From the NCBI GenBank assembly GCA_035639655.1, contig DASQXO010000125.1, forward strand, positions 1 through 44,212: a DNA stretch of 44,212 bases, read 5' to 3'. The stretch is from Candidatus Dormiibacterota bacterium. Its GTDB lineage: Bacteria; Chloroflexota; Limnocylindria; P2-11E; CF-107. The translations under genes were made by a program, and so were the position numbers. The notes below the pieces were generated by a model. That model worked only from the letters and a program-made list of their open reading frames with translations, did no database searches and had not been told where the DNA came from. This document shows positions 33,627 to 42,253 of this stretch, in pieces. Each line of letters opens with the position of its first letter. Positions within the stretch are counted from its first letter, which is position 1.

Positions 33627-34619
33627 ATGAGCGCCTTTCGCCCGCTGCGAGCGACCGATCCGGTGCTCCGGCGAGGCGACTTCATCGCTCCGGTGATCAG
33701 CGAGATCAAGAAGGTCATCGTCGGCCAGGACTACCTCATCAACCGCCTGCTGATCGCGCTGCTCTGCAACGGCCACCTGCTCATCGAAGGCGTCCCGGGT
33801 CTGGCCAAGACGCTCGCGGTCAAGACCCTCGCGGACACGATCGACGCGGGGTTCCGGCGGATCCAATTCACGCCGGACATGCTGCCGGCGGATCTGAACG
33901 GAACGATGATCTACAACCCCGCCGACCAGACGTTCAACCCGCGGCTGGGGCCGATCTTCACCGACATCCTGCTCGCCGACGAGATCAACCGCGCGCCGCC
34001 AAAGGTGCAGAGCGCGCTCCTCGAGGCGATGCAGGAGCGCCAGGTGTCGATCGGCGGCGAAACGCACGCGCTCTCGGACATCTTCATGGTGCTCGCGACA
34101 CAGAACCCGATCGAGCACGAGGGCACGTATCGCTTGCCCGAGGCGCAGGTCGACCGGTTCATGATGAAGGTCGTCGTCGGCTACCCGTCAGCCGATGAGG
34201 AGCGGATCATCATGGACCGCCAGACGATCGAGCCGCCCGCGCACGTCCGGCGGATCACCTCGCGTGACGCGATCCTCGACGGGCGCGAGGCCGTGCGCCA
34301 GGTGCGCATGGAGGACGCCCTTCGCGACTACGTCGTGAACCTCGTCCAGGCGACGCGCGAGCCGAAGCGGTTCAAGCTCGACGACCTCGCCCCGCTCATC
34401 GGTTACGGCGTCTCGCCGCGCGCGACGATCTACATCTCGCTCGCCGCGCGGGCGAGCGCGTTCCTCGAGGGACGCGACTACGTCCTGCCGGACGATGTGA
34501 AGGCCGTCGCGCTCGACGTCATGCGACACCGCCTGATCGTCACGTACGAGGCGGAGGCCGAGGAGGTAACGCCGGAGTCCGTGGTGACGCGGGTGGTCGA
34601 CGGCGTCCCCGTACCCTAG
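33627..34619 (+). CDS. MoxR-family AAA+ ATPase
   Basis: Walker A GVPGLAKT, Walker B LLADEINRAPPKVQSALLEAMQE, and LATQNPIEHEGTYRLPEAQVDRF. Confidence 0.92.
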   Translation: MSAFRPLRATDPVLRRGDFIAPVISEIKKVIVGQDYLINRLLIALLCNGHLLIEGVPGLAKTLAVKTLADTIDAGFRRIQFTPDMLPADLNGTMIYNPADQTFNPRLGPIFTDILLADEINRAPPKVQSALLEAMQERQVSIGGETHALSDIFMVLATQNPIEHEGTYRLPEAQVDRFMMKVVVGYPSADEERIIMDRQTIEPPAHVRRITSRDAILDGREAVRQVRMEDALRDYVVNLVQATREPKRFKLDDLAPLIGYGVSPRATIYISLAARASAFLEGRDYVLPDDVKAVALDVMRHRLIVTYEAEAEEVTPESVVTRVVDGVPVP

Positions 34620-34626
34620 GCGGAAG

Positions 34627-35547
34627 ATGTTCGGCTGGCGTCGCGGGACGCGCGAGGCGGCGATCGACACCGCGGCGCCGTCCGACGCCCTGCACCAGAT
34701 CCACAACCTGGAGGTCCGCGCCCGCGTCCTCGCCGACGAGATGCTCCTCGGCACGTACCGCAGCGTCTTCCGCGGCTCCGGCCTGGAGTTCGAGGAGGTG
34801 CGCGAGTACGAGCAGGGCGACGACGTTCGGAGCATCGACTGGAACGTGACCGCGCGGATGGGCTCGCCCTTCGTCAAGAAGTACCGCGAGGATCGAGAGC
34901 TCGCGATCCTCCTGGCGGTCGACGTGTCGTCGTCGACCTGGTTCGGCAGCGCCGGGCGAAGCAAGCGCGAGCTCGCGGTGGAGGTCGGGACGCTCCTCGC
35001 CGCGGTGGCGCTGCGGAACAGCGACCGCGTCGGCCTGCTGCTCTTCTCCGACCGGGTCGAGCGCTACCTGCCGCCGCGCTCCGGGCGCGAGCACCTGCTG
35101 CGCGTGATCCGCGAGCTCGTCGCGGCCCCACCGCTGCGCGCGCGCACGGACATCGCCGAGGCCGCGCGGTTCATGCGCAACGTGACGAAGAAGCACGCGG
35201 TCATCTTCTTGCTCAGCGACTTCCTGGACGTCGAGTTCACCGCACCGCTCCGGCGGCTCGGGCAGAAGCACGACGTGATCGCGCTCACGCTGAACGATCC
35301 GCGCGAGCTCGACCTTCCGGCGGTGGGCGTCATCGCGCTCGAGGACGCCGAGACGGGCGGCGTGCGGGTCGTGGATACCGACGTCGACGGCGTTCGCGAG
35401 ACCTACGGGCGAGTCGCGCGCGAGCGGCGCGTCGAGCGCCGCCGCGCTTTCGCGCGCATGGCGATCGACGTTGCCGACCTCTCGACCGATCGGCCGTTCG
35501 TGCCGGTGCTGCAGGCGCTGTTCAACGCGCGCTCGAGGCGCCATTGA
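34627..35547 (+). CDS. DUF58 domain protein (MoxR partner)
   Basis: GTYRSVFRGSGLEFEEVREYEQGDDVRSIDWNVTARMGSPFVKKY is the hallmark DUF58 block. A degenerate VWA-like core follows. Confidence 0.85.
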   Translation: MFGWRRGTREAAIDTAAPSDALHQIHNLEVRARVLADEMLLGTYRSVFRGSGLEFEEVREYEQGDDVRSIDWNVTARMGSPFVKKYREDRELAILLAVDVSSSTWFGSAGRSKRELAVEVGTLLAAVALRNSDRVGLLLFSDRVERYLPPRSGREHLLRVIRELVAAPPLRARTDIAEAARFMRNVTKKHAVIFLLSDFLDVEFTAPLRRLGQKHDVIALTLNDPRELDLPAVGVIALEDAETGGVRVVDTDVDGVRETYGRVARERRVERRRAFARMAIDVADLSTDRPFVPVLQALFNARSRRH

Positions 35548-36503
35548 GCCGGACCGCGACCGCGATCGCCCTGCTCGCGCTGTCGCTGTGGCTCTCGGGA
35601 GCGCGCGCCCTGGCCGACGAGCCGGTGAGCGCGAGCCTGAACGTCGATCGCAACGTCATCACCATCGGCGACCAGATCCGCGTCGTGATCACCGTGACGG
35701 CGCAACCCGGCTATCGCCTCGGCGCGCCCGTCGTGCTCAGCACGCTCGGCGACTTCGACGTCGTCGATAGCGCTCCCCCATTGCTGGCCAATCCGACGGG
35801 CGGCGGTACGCGCTACACGTTCCGCTACTGGATCACGACGTTCACCCTCGGCGACCACGTCATCCCGGCAGTCGAGTTCCCATACGCGAACGAACAGGGC
35901 GCGACCGCGAGCGTGCGCACGACGCCGATCGCGGTCCGCGTCCAGAGCGTCATCCGCGACGGGGAGGCCGTCGCCGACATCAAGCCGCTCAAGCCGCAGC
36001 TGGACCTGCCCGGCGCGGAGACGTCGCGGATCGTCTTCTGGGCCAGCGCCGTCGCGATCACGGCGATCGTGGCGATCCCCGCAGTCGTGCTCTACCGGCG
36101 CAGGCGTCGGCGGCGTGCGACGGGCATCGCCGTCGGCGAGACGCCGGTGCAGGAAGCGCTCCGCGAGCTGCTGCACATCGCCGAGCTCCGGCTGCCGGAG
36201 AAGGGCCGGACCGAGGAGCACTACCGGCTCGTCGCCGCGGCGCTGCGGCGCTACCTCGCCCAGCAGTTCGCCCTCCCCGCGGACCGGCGCACGGCGCGCG
36301 AGCTGCGCGTCGCGATGGACCGCGCCGGCATCGATCGCCGCCAGACCGAGGCGCTCTACGAGCTGCTCCGTGAGAGCGAGGCGGTGCGGTTCCAGCGCGC
36401 GCAGCGGCAGCCGCGCCACGCGCAGCAGACGCTCGCCGACGCGATCAACGCGATCGGCAAGGCGCGCGCCGCGCAGCGCCGCACCGCGGAGCTCGTGCCG
36501 TGA
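35544..36503 (+). CDS. BatD/DUF4381-like membrane protein
   Basis: TTG start sharing TTGA with the DUF58 stop. The order is signal peptide, ~170-aa beta-rich ectodomain, TM (IVFWASAVAITAIVAIPAVVLY) followed by RRRRRRR, then a helical cytoplasmic domain. Confidence 0.55.
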   Translation: MSRTATAIALLALSLWLSGARALADEPVSASLNVDRNVITIGDQIRVVITVTAQPGYRLGAPVVLSTLGDFDVVDSAPPLLANPTGGGTRYTFRYWITTFTLGDHVIPAVEFPYANEQGATASVRTTPIAVRVQSVIRDGEAVADIKPLKPQLDLPGAETSRIVFWASAVAITAIVAIPAVVLYRRRRRRRATGIAVGETPVQEALRELLHIAELRLPEKGRTEEHYRLVAAALRRYLAQQFALPADRRTARELRVAMDRAGIDRRQTEALYELLRESEAVRFQRAQRQPRHAQQTLADAINAIGKARAAQRRTAELVP

Positions 36504-37468
36504 CCGTGCCGTCGCTCGGCGAGCTGCGGTTCGACACGCCCTGGGCGCTGCTGCTCCTGCTCTTCGTCGCCGCCGCGGCGACGATCGCGTACCGGCGTGA
36601 GCGCGTCGCGCGCGGCGGCGTGCTCTTCTCGTCGCATTCGCTGCTCGCCGGCGTGTCGCGGTCCCGGCGGGCCTCCCTGGCGTGGATCGCGCTGCCGCTC
36701 CGCGCGCTCGCGGCGGTGCTGCTCGTCCTCGCGCTGGCGAAGCCCGAGGTGACGCAGGCATCCGTCGAGGTGCCGTCGGAGGGCATCGACATCGTCATCG
36801 CGCTCGACGTGTCGTCGTCGATGGCGCAGGAGTACGCCGGCGGCGGCTCGAAGATCCAGGCCACGAAGACGGTCATCACCGACTTCCTGAAGCGGCAGTC
36901 GCAGGACCGCGTGGGGATCGTGCTCTTCGCCGGCGAGGGCCTCGTGCTCTCGCCGCTCACGCTCGACTACGAGGCGCCGCGCAAGCTGCTCGCGCCGATC
37001 GAGGCGGGTCGGCCGGTGCCCGACGGCACCGCCATCGGCACCGGCCTGGCGGTATCGCTGAACGTCCTTCGCGATTCGGCTGCGAAGGCGAAGGCGGTCG
37101 TGCTGCTCACCGACGGCGAGAACAACCTCGGCGACATCTCGCCGCTCGACGCGGCGCAGCTCGCGCGCATCGTCGGGGTGCGCGTCTACACGATCGGCGC
37201 GGTCGCCCGGCGCGGCGGCGACGACGTCGACGAGCAGATGCTGCAGCGCATGGCCGACATCGCCGGCGGCAAGTACTACCGCGCCGACAGCGCGAACACG
37301 CTCGCCGACATCTACCGCGAGATCCAGTCGCTGGAGCGCTCGCGCGTCGGGACGCGCGTCGTCGGCGGTGGCACGCAGGGGATCCAGCTCCCGTTCCTGC
37401 TCGGCGCGCTCGGACTCATCGTGATCGAGGTCGTCCTCGCGACGACGGTGTTGCGGCGGGTGCCGTGA
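36500..37468 (+). CDS. VWA-domain membrane protein (BatA-like)
   Basis: GTG sharing GTGA with the upstream stop. N- and C-terminal TM segments and MIDAS IALDVSSSM. Confidence 0.85.
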   Translation: MTVPSLGELRFDTPWALLLLLFVAAAATIAYRRERVARGGVLFSSHSLLAGVSRSRRASLAWIALPLRALAAVLLVLALAKPEVTQASVEVPSEGIDIVIALDVSSSMAQEYAGGGSKIQATKTVITDFLKRQSQDRVGIVLFAGEGLVLSPLTLDYEAPRKLLAPIEAGRPVPDGTAIGTGLAVSLNVLRDSAAKAKAVVLLTDGENNLGDISPLDAAQLARIVGVRVYTIGAVARRGGDDVDEQMLQRMADIAGGKYYRADSANTLADIYREIQSLERSRVGTRVVGGGTQGIQLPFLLGALGLIVIEVVLATTVLRRVP

Positions 37469-39261
37469 ATCTCGACGAGCTCCACCTCATCCACCCCGTG
37501 CTCGCAGCGCTCGCGCTGCTCGCGCTGCCGATCGCGCTCCTCTACGTCGTGACGTTCGTCGCGCGGCGCCGCGCGCTCGCGCGTTTCGCAGGACGCGGCG
37601 CGGGCCTCGTCTCGGTCAGCACTCGCCGGCAGGCCCTCCGCGCGGGGCTCATGGTCGCGGCCGTCGTGGCACTGTCGTTCGCGGCCGCGGGGCCGTTCGT
37701 GGACCTCCGCGAGGTGGAGGTGCGGTGGCGCGGCGTCGATCTCGTCGTCGCGCTCGACGTGTCGCAGAGCATGGCGGTGCGCGACGCGCCGCCGGATCGC
37801 CTGCACGCCGCCCGCGACGCGATCCGCTCGCTCGTCGACGACCTGCCCGGCACGCGCGTCGCGCTCGTGCTCTTCGCCGCGAACGGCCTCGTCCGATATC
37901 CGCCGACCACGGATCCGAGGGTCATCGCCGACTCGCTCGACAGTCCGGGGCGCACGTTCCGTCCGACCTCGGGGTCGTCGCTGCGCGCCGCGATCGACGC
38001 CGCGGTCGACGCGTTCCCCTCCGATAGTGCGCTCCCGAAGGCGGTGCTCGTGGTGTCCGACGGCGAGGACGTCATCGGTGATCGGCCGGACCTCGTGACG
38101 TACCGCGCGAAGAACATCCGGCTCTTCGGGCTCACCGTCGGCACGCCGGAGGGCGGGCTGATCCCGACGTACGACTCGTCGGGAAAGGAGCAGGGTCCCC
38201 TGGTCGACCAGGCCGGCACGCCGATCGTGAGCCACATGCACGAGGAGCTGCTGCGCGGGTACGCCGTCGCGACGGGTGGCGACGAGTGGCACTACGACGG
38301 CAGCCCCGCGTCGCTGCACGGCGTCGCGGCGGCGTTGCTCGGCATGGGCTCCGGCGATCTCACCGGACGGTCCGAGCAGCGCCCCGACGACCGCTACCAG
38401 CTCCTCGCGCTCGTCGCGCTCGCGGCGATCCTCGCCGAGTGGATCGTGAGCGAGCGGCGCGCGATGCCGTGGCCGAGAAGAGCACGCGTCGTCGCCCCGC
38501 GGCGTGCCGCCACGGTCGGCACCCTGCTGCTGCTCGCCCTCGTTCTCGGCGCCTGCGCGGACGCGGCCGCGACCAACGAGACCGCGAACGGCCTCTACGC
38601 ATCCGGCGACTACGAGGGCGCGCTCGCGCGCTACCGCGGCGTCCTTCGCGAGCACCCGGAGCTCGCCGAGGTCTCCGTCAACGCCGGCAACGCGCTCCAG
38701 CAGCTGCGCCAGTTCGATCGCGCGCTGTCGAACTACGAGGCCGCGCTCAGCTCACCCGATCGGCGCGTGCGCGCCATCGCGCTGTACGACCGCGGCAATG
38801 CGCTGTACCGCCTCGGCCGCCTCGACGATGCGCGCGCCGCGTACGTCGAGGCGCTGAAGCTCGATCCGAACGATCGCGACGCGAAATTCAACATCGAGGT
38901 CATCGATCGCGTCCGTTCGGGGCGCTACCAGCAGCAGCCGTCAGCGAGCCCGGGTGCGGCGAGTCCGGGAGCGTCCGGAGCGCCGGCGTCGGGGTCGAGC
39001 CAGGCGCCGGGCGGAACGCCGAAGCCGGGCGCGTCGACGCAGCCCGGACAGGGCGGCCAGCCCGGCGGGAGCAACGACAACCAGGGCAGCGCGGGTTCGG
39101 GCGATCAGCAGTCCGTCACCGATGCGCTGCAGGCGTTCCGGCAGGACCTCACGCCGGAGGAGGCGCTGCGCCTGCTCGACGCGCTCGAGCGTCAGCAGCA
39201 GGGCATCACCACGTTCATCGAGGGATCGCCGCGCAAGCAGGGCCAGGACCCGCAGTACTGA
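37465..39261 (+). CDS. VWA-domain membrane protein fused in frame to a TPR protein (BatB-BatC-like)
   Basis: GTG sharing GTGA with the upstream stop. MIDAS ALDVSQSM and a C-terminal TM (LLALVALAAILAEWIV). After an internal ATG at 38464 come a signal/lipobox-like segment, TPR repeats, a P/G/S/Q-rich linker and a TPEEALRLLDALERQQQ tail. Confidence 0.8.
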   Translation: MNLDELHLIHPVLAALALLALPIALLYVVTFVARRRALARFAGRGAGLVSVSTRRQALRAGLMVAAVVALSFAAAGPFVDLREVEVRWRGVDLVVALDVSQSMAVRDAPPDRLHAARDAIRSLVDDLPGTRVALVLFAANGLVRYPPTTDPRVIADSLDSPGRTFRPTSGSSLRAAIDAAVDAFPSDSALPKAVLVVSDGEDVIGDRPDLVTYRAKNIRLFGLTVGTPEGGLIPTYDSSGKEQGPLVDQAGTPIVSHMHEELLRGYAVATGGDEWHYDGSPASLHGVAAALLGMGSGDLTGRSEQRPDDRYQLLALVALAAILAEWIVSERRAMPWPRRARVVAPRRAATVGTLLLLALVLGACADAAATNETANGLYASGDYEGALARYRGVLREHPELAEVSVNAGNALQQLRQFDRALSNYEAALSSPDRRVRAIALYDRGNALYRLGRLDDARAAYVEALKLDPNDRDAKFNIEVIDRVRSGRYQQQPSASPGAASPGASGAPASGSSQAPGGTPKPGASTQPGQGGQPGGSNDNQGSAGSGDQQSVTDALQAFRQDLTPEEALRLLDALERQQQGITTFIEGSPRKQGQDPQY

Positions 39262-39269
39262 CGCGTCGC

Positions 39270-40367
39270 TCACCGCGGTGCCGCGGCGGTCTCCTCCTCG
39301 AGCTGCGCGAGCTTCTCCGCCTGATCCTGCTGGCTCAGCGCGTCGATCAGGTCGTCGATGTCGCCGTCGAGCCGGCGCTCGATAGCGGAGAGGTTGTACC
39401 CGAGCCTTCGGTCGGTGATCCGGTCCTGCGGGAAGTTGTACGTTCGCATCTTCTCGGCGCGCTCACCGCGCCCGATCTGCGCCCGGCGGGCCGCGCCTTC
39501 CTGCTCGGCGCGCTTCTCCTGCTCCTGCGCGAGCAGTCGCGCGCGCAGCACCGCCATCGCCTTCGCCTTGTTCTTCAGCTGCGAACGCTCGTCCTGGCAC
39601 GTCACGACGATCCCCGTGGGGAGGTGTGTGATGCGGACGGCGGAGTCGGTGGTGTTGACGCCCTGACCGCCGTGTCCGCTCGAGCGGTACACGTCGATCT
39701 TCAGCTCCTCCTCGGGGATACGGATGTCGATGTCCTCCGCTTCCGGCAGGACCGCGACCGTGGCGGTCGAGGTGTGGATCCGGCCCTGCGCTTCGGTCGC
39801 CGGCACGCGCTGGACGCGGTGCACGCCTGACTCGAACTTCAGGCGCGAGTACGCGCCCTTTCCGGCGATGCGGAAGATCACCTCCTTGAAGCCGCCCATG
39901 TCCGAGCCGCTCTGCGACAGCATCTCCGTCTTCCAGCGATGCCGCTCCGCGTAGCGCGAGTACATCCGGTACAGGTCGCGCGCGAACAGCGCCGCCTCCT
40001 CGCCGCCTTCGCCGCCTCGGATCTCGACGATGACGTTCTTCTCGTCCAGCGGATCGCGCGGCACGAGCAGCTCGCGAACCCGCTGGAGCAGCTCGTCGCG
40101 ACGCGCCTCGCCAGCACGGAGCTCGTCCTCCGCGAGCTCGCGCATGTCGGGCGACGAGAGGAGCTCGCGCGCGTCGGCGATGCTCCGCTCCGTCTCGGCG
40201 AGCTCGCGCGTCGCGGCCACGATCGGCTCCAGCGCGTTGAGCTCCTGCCCGAGACGCCGCAGCGTGCCCGGATCGGTGATGCCGGTCGAGAGCTCGCGCG
40301 CGACCTCGTCGTGGCGCCGCTCGATGGCCTCGAGCCGGCGGCGCAGTCCGGCGCTCAGCTCAGGCAA
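39270..40367 (-). CDS. prfA: Peptide chain release factor 1
   Basis: GGQ motif (SSGHGGQGVNTTDSAVRITH) and the RF1-type PxT tripeptide (VQRVPATEAQGRIHTS). TTG start with GGGGAG 7 nt upstream. Confidence 0.95.
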   Translation of the reverse strand: MPELSAGLRRRLEAIERRHDEVARELSTGITDPGTLRRLGQELNALEPIVAATRELAETERSIADARELLSSPDMRELAEDELRAGEARRDELLQRVRELLVPRDPLDEKNVIVEIRGGEGGEEAALFARDLYRMYSRYAERHRWKTEMLSQSGSDMGGFKEVIFRIAGKGAYSRLKFESGVHRVQRVPATEAQGRIHTSTATVAVLPEAEDIDIRIPEEELKIDVYRSSGHGGQGVNTTDSAVRITHLPTGIVVTCQDERSQLKNKAKAMAVLRARLLAQEQEKRAEQEGAARRAQIGRGERAEKMRTYNFPQDRITDRRLGYNLSAIERRLDGDIDDLIDALSQQDQAEKLAQLEEETAAAPR

Positions 40368-41241
40368 CGCGCTTCTCCCCGTCGCCCGCGAGCGCTTCCT
40401 CGAGCGACGCGATCGCGACCTCGATCATCGGCCGCGTCGGCTGACGCGTCGTGATCCGCTGGAGGAGCAGGCCGGGCCACACCAGGACGCGCATGAGCGG
40501 CGAGTTCTCGTGGCGCGCGCCGACGCGCAGCACCTCGTACGAGACGGCCGCGACCGGAAGGACGAGCACGAGCCGCTCGACGAGCGCGACGACCGGATTG
40601 GCGCGCTCGAGGAACGCGAACGCGATGATGCTGATGACGACGACGAGAAGCAGGAATGCCGTCCCGCAGCGCGGGTGAGCCGTGGGGTACTTCTCGATCG
40701 CGGCCGGCTGCAGCGGATCGCCGTGCTCGAAGGCGTGGATCGTCATGTGCTCCGCGCCGTGGTACGCGAAGACGCGCCGGATGTCGGGGAGGAACGAGAT
40801 CGCCGTCACGTACCCGAGAAACAGCGCCATGCGGAGCGCGCCTTCGAGGATGTTCTGCAGCTGCGGATCCGGAACGGCCCCGCGGATCGCCTGCGTCGCG
40901 ACGTAGGGGACGCCGACGAAGACGGCGAGCGCGATGGTGAGCGTCGTCAGCACGAAGCCGACGGCCGACCCGCCCTCGAGCTTCACCGGCTCGTCCTCGA
41001 GCGCCACGTTCGCCGACCGCATGAGCATGCGGATCCCGATCGACAGCGATTCCCACAGCACGATGACGCCGCGCACGAAGGGCAGCCGGGCCCAGCGCCA
41101 TCGCTGCAGCGGCGAGTTGAGCGGCTCGCGGTAGCGGTAGATCGCGCCCGACGGTTTCCGCACCGCGAGCGCGATCGTGCGCATGCCGCGGATGACGACG
41201 CCTTCGATGACGGCCTGGCCGCCGTAGGCGAACTGCGGCAC
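40360..41241 (-). CDS. DUF1385-family membrane-associated protein
   Basis: GTG 41241 gives VPQFAYGGQAVIEGVVIRG. Also AYHGAEHMTIHAFE and PRCGTAFLLLVVV, hallmark blocks of DUF1385. Its position between rpmE and prfA is typical. Confidence 0.8.
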   Translation of the reverse strand: MPQFAYGGQAVIEGVVIRGMRTIALAVRKPSGAIYRYREPLNSPLQRWRWARLPFVRGVIVLWESLSIGIRMLMRSANVALEDEPVKLEGGSAVGFVLTTLTIALAVFVGVPYVATQAIRGAVPDPQLQNILEGALRMALFLGYVTAISFLPDIRRVFAYHGAEHMTIHAFEHGDPLQPAAIEKYPTAHPRCGTAFLLLVVVISIIAFAFLERANPVVALVERLVLVLPVAAVSYEVLRVGARHENSPLMRVLVWPGLLLQRITTRQPTRPMIEVAIASLEEALAGDGEKRVA

Positions 41242-41249
41242 GCGCGGCT

Positions 41250-41507
41250 CTAGCGCGCCGCGGACTTCTCGGCGGGCGCGGCCTTGTCGGCCGGAGTCTT
41301 CTCCGCGGCCTTCTCGTAGCGGCGCATGAAGCGCTCCACGCGGCCCGCGGTGTCGACGATCTGCTGCTTGCCGGTGAAGAACGGATGGCAGTTGCTGCAG
41401 ACCTCGACGTGAAGCTCCGACTTCGTGGAGCCGGTCTGGAAGGTGTTGCCGCACGTGCCGCACACGACGCGCGCGAGCACGTAGCGCGGGTGGATACCCT
41501 TCTTCAT
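41250..41507 (-). CDS. rpmE: 50S ribosomal protein L31 (Zn-binding type A)
   Basis: MKKGIHPRY...CGTCGNTF...[12 protein letters not shown]. It carries a Lys/Ala-rich 20-aa C-terminal extension. Confidence 0.95.
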   Translation of the reverse strand: MKKGIHPRYVLARVVCGTCGNTFQTGSTKSELHVEVCSNCHPFFTGKQQIVDTAGRVERFMRRYEKAAEKTPADKAAPAEKSAAR

Positions 41508-41511
41508 CTCT

Positions 41512-41769
41512 CTAGCTCTGCGGAAGGACGCTCACGCGGCGGCGATCGTCTCGCGCCGGGCCGTACTTCACCAGGCCGGCCGCGAGCGCGAACAGCGTGT
41601 GGTCCTTGCCGACCCCGACGTTCTGGCCGGGCAGGATCTTGGTGCCGCGCTGGCGCACCAGGATCGCGCCGGCGTCGACATAGCTGCCCGCGAACGTCTT
41701 CACGCCGAGACGCTGGCCGGAGGAATCGCGGCCGTTGCGGCTGGAACCGGCGCCTTTCTTGTGTGCCAT
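41512..41769 (-). CDS. rpmA: 50S ribosomal protein L27
   Basis: [24 protein letters not shown]...VRQRGTK, with AAGGAG 7 nt upstream. Confidence 0.95.
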   Translation of the reverse strand: MAHKKGAGSSRNGRDSSGQRLGVKTFAGSYVDAGAILVRQRGTKILPGQNVGVGKDHTLFALAAGLVKYGPARDDRRRVSVLPQS

Positions 41770-41770
41770 C

Positions 41771-42091
41771 TCAGGACTCCTTGCTCACGTCGATCTTCGT
41801 CACCCGGACATCCGTGAGCGCCTGCCGGTGTCCCCGCCGCTTGCGGTGCCGGACCTTGCTCTTGTACCGGAGGACGTCGATCTTCTCGCCACGCCGACCG
41901 CCGGTGACCTCGCCCGTGACCGTGACGCCGTCGACGCGCGGGACGCCGACGCGAACGCCGTCGTCATCGGCGAACGCGACGACGTCGAGCTCGATCTGCG
42001 AGCCCTTCGCCGCGGCGAGCCCGGCGACGGTGATGGTCTCGCCCTCGGCGACGCGATATTGCTTTCCGCCGGCGCGCACGACCGCGTACAA
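41771..42091 (-). CDS. rplU: 50S ribosomal protein L21
   Basis: The TTG start at 42091 gives the canonical (M)[14 protein letters not shown]-terminus, with GAAGG 7 nt upstream. An alternative GTG at 42097 adds two residues. Confidence 0.9.
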   Translation of the reverse strand: MYAVVRAGGKQYRVAEGETITVAGLAAAKGSQIELDVVAFADDDGVRVGVPRVDGVTVTGEVTGGRRGEKIDVLRYKSKVRHRKRRGHRQALTDVRVTKIDVSKES

Positions 42092-42118
42092 GGACACACC
42101 TTCAGTCGGGTGACGAAC

Positions 42119-42145
42119 AAAAAAGTCGTGGCGCGATGCGCCACG
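42119..42145 (-). promoter_or_regulatory. Terminator-like hairpin plus U6 in the rplU 5' leader (possible L21-leader attenuator or 5' stabiliser)
   Basis: The minus strand reads CGTGGCGC-ATC-GCGCCACG (42145-42127), then AC, then TTTTTT (42124-42119). It lies between the predicted promoter and the rplU SD. Confidence 0.45.
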
Positions 42146-42154
42146 CGTGAGAAA

Positions 42155-42184
42155 AGTGTACGAGCCGGGCGCACGGGCGGTCAA
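42155..42184 (-). promoter_or_regulatory. Promoter candidate of the rplU operon
   Basis: Minus strand TTGACC (42184-42179), an 18-nt spacer, then TACACT (42160-42155). Confidence 0.5.
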
Positions 42185-42253
42185 GGAAGTGCCGCAGCCG
42201 GGCGCTTGCGGTGAACGCGTCGGCTCCTTCCTCACCATGTACGCTGCGGCGCC

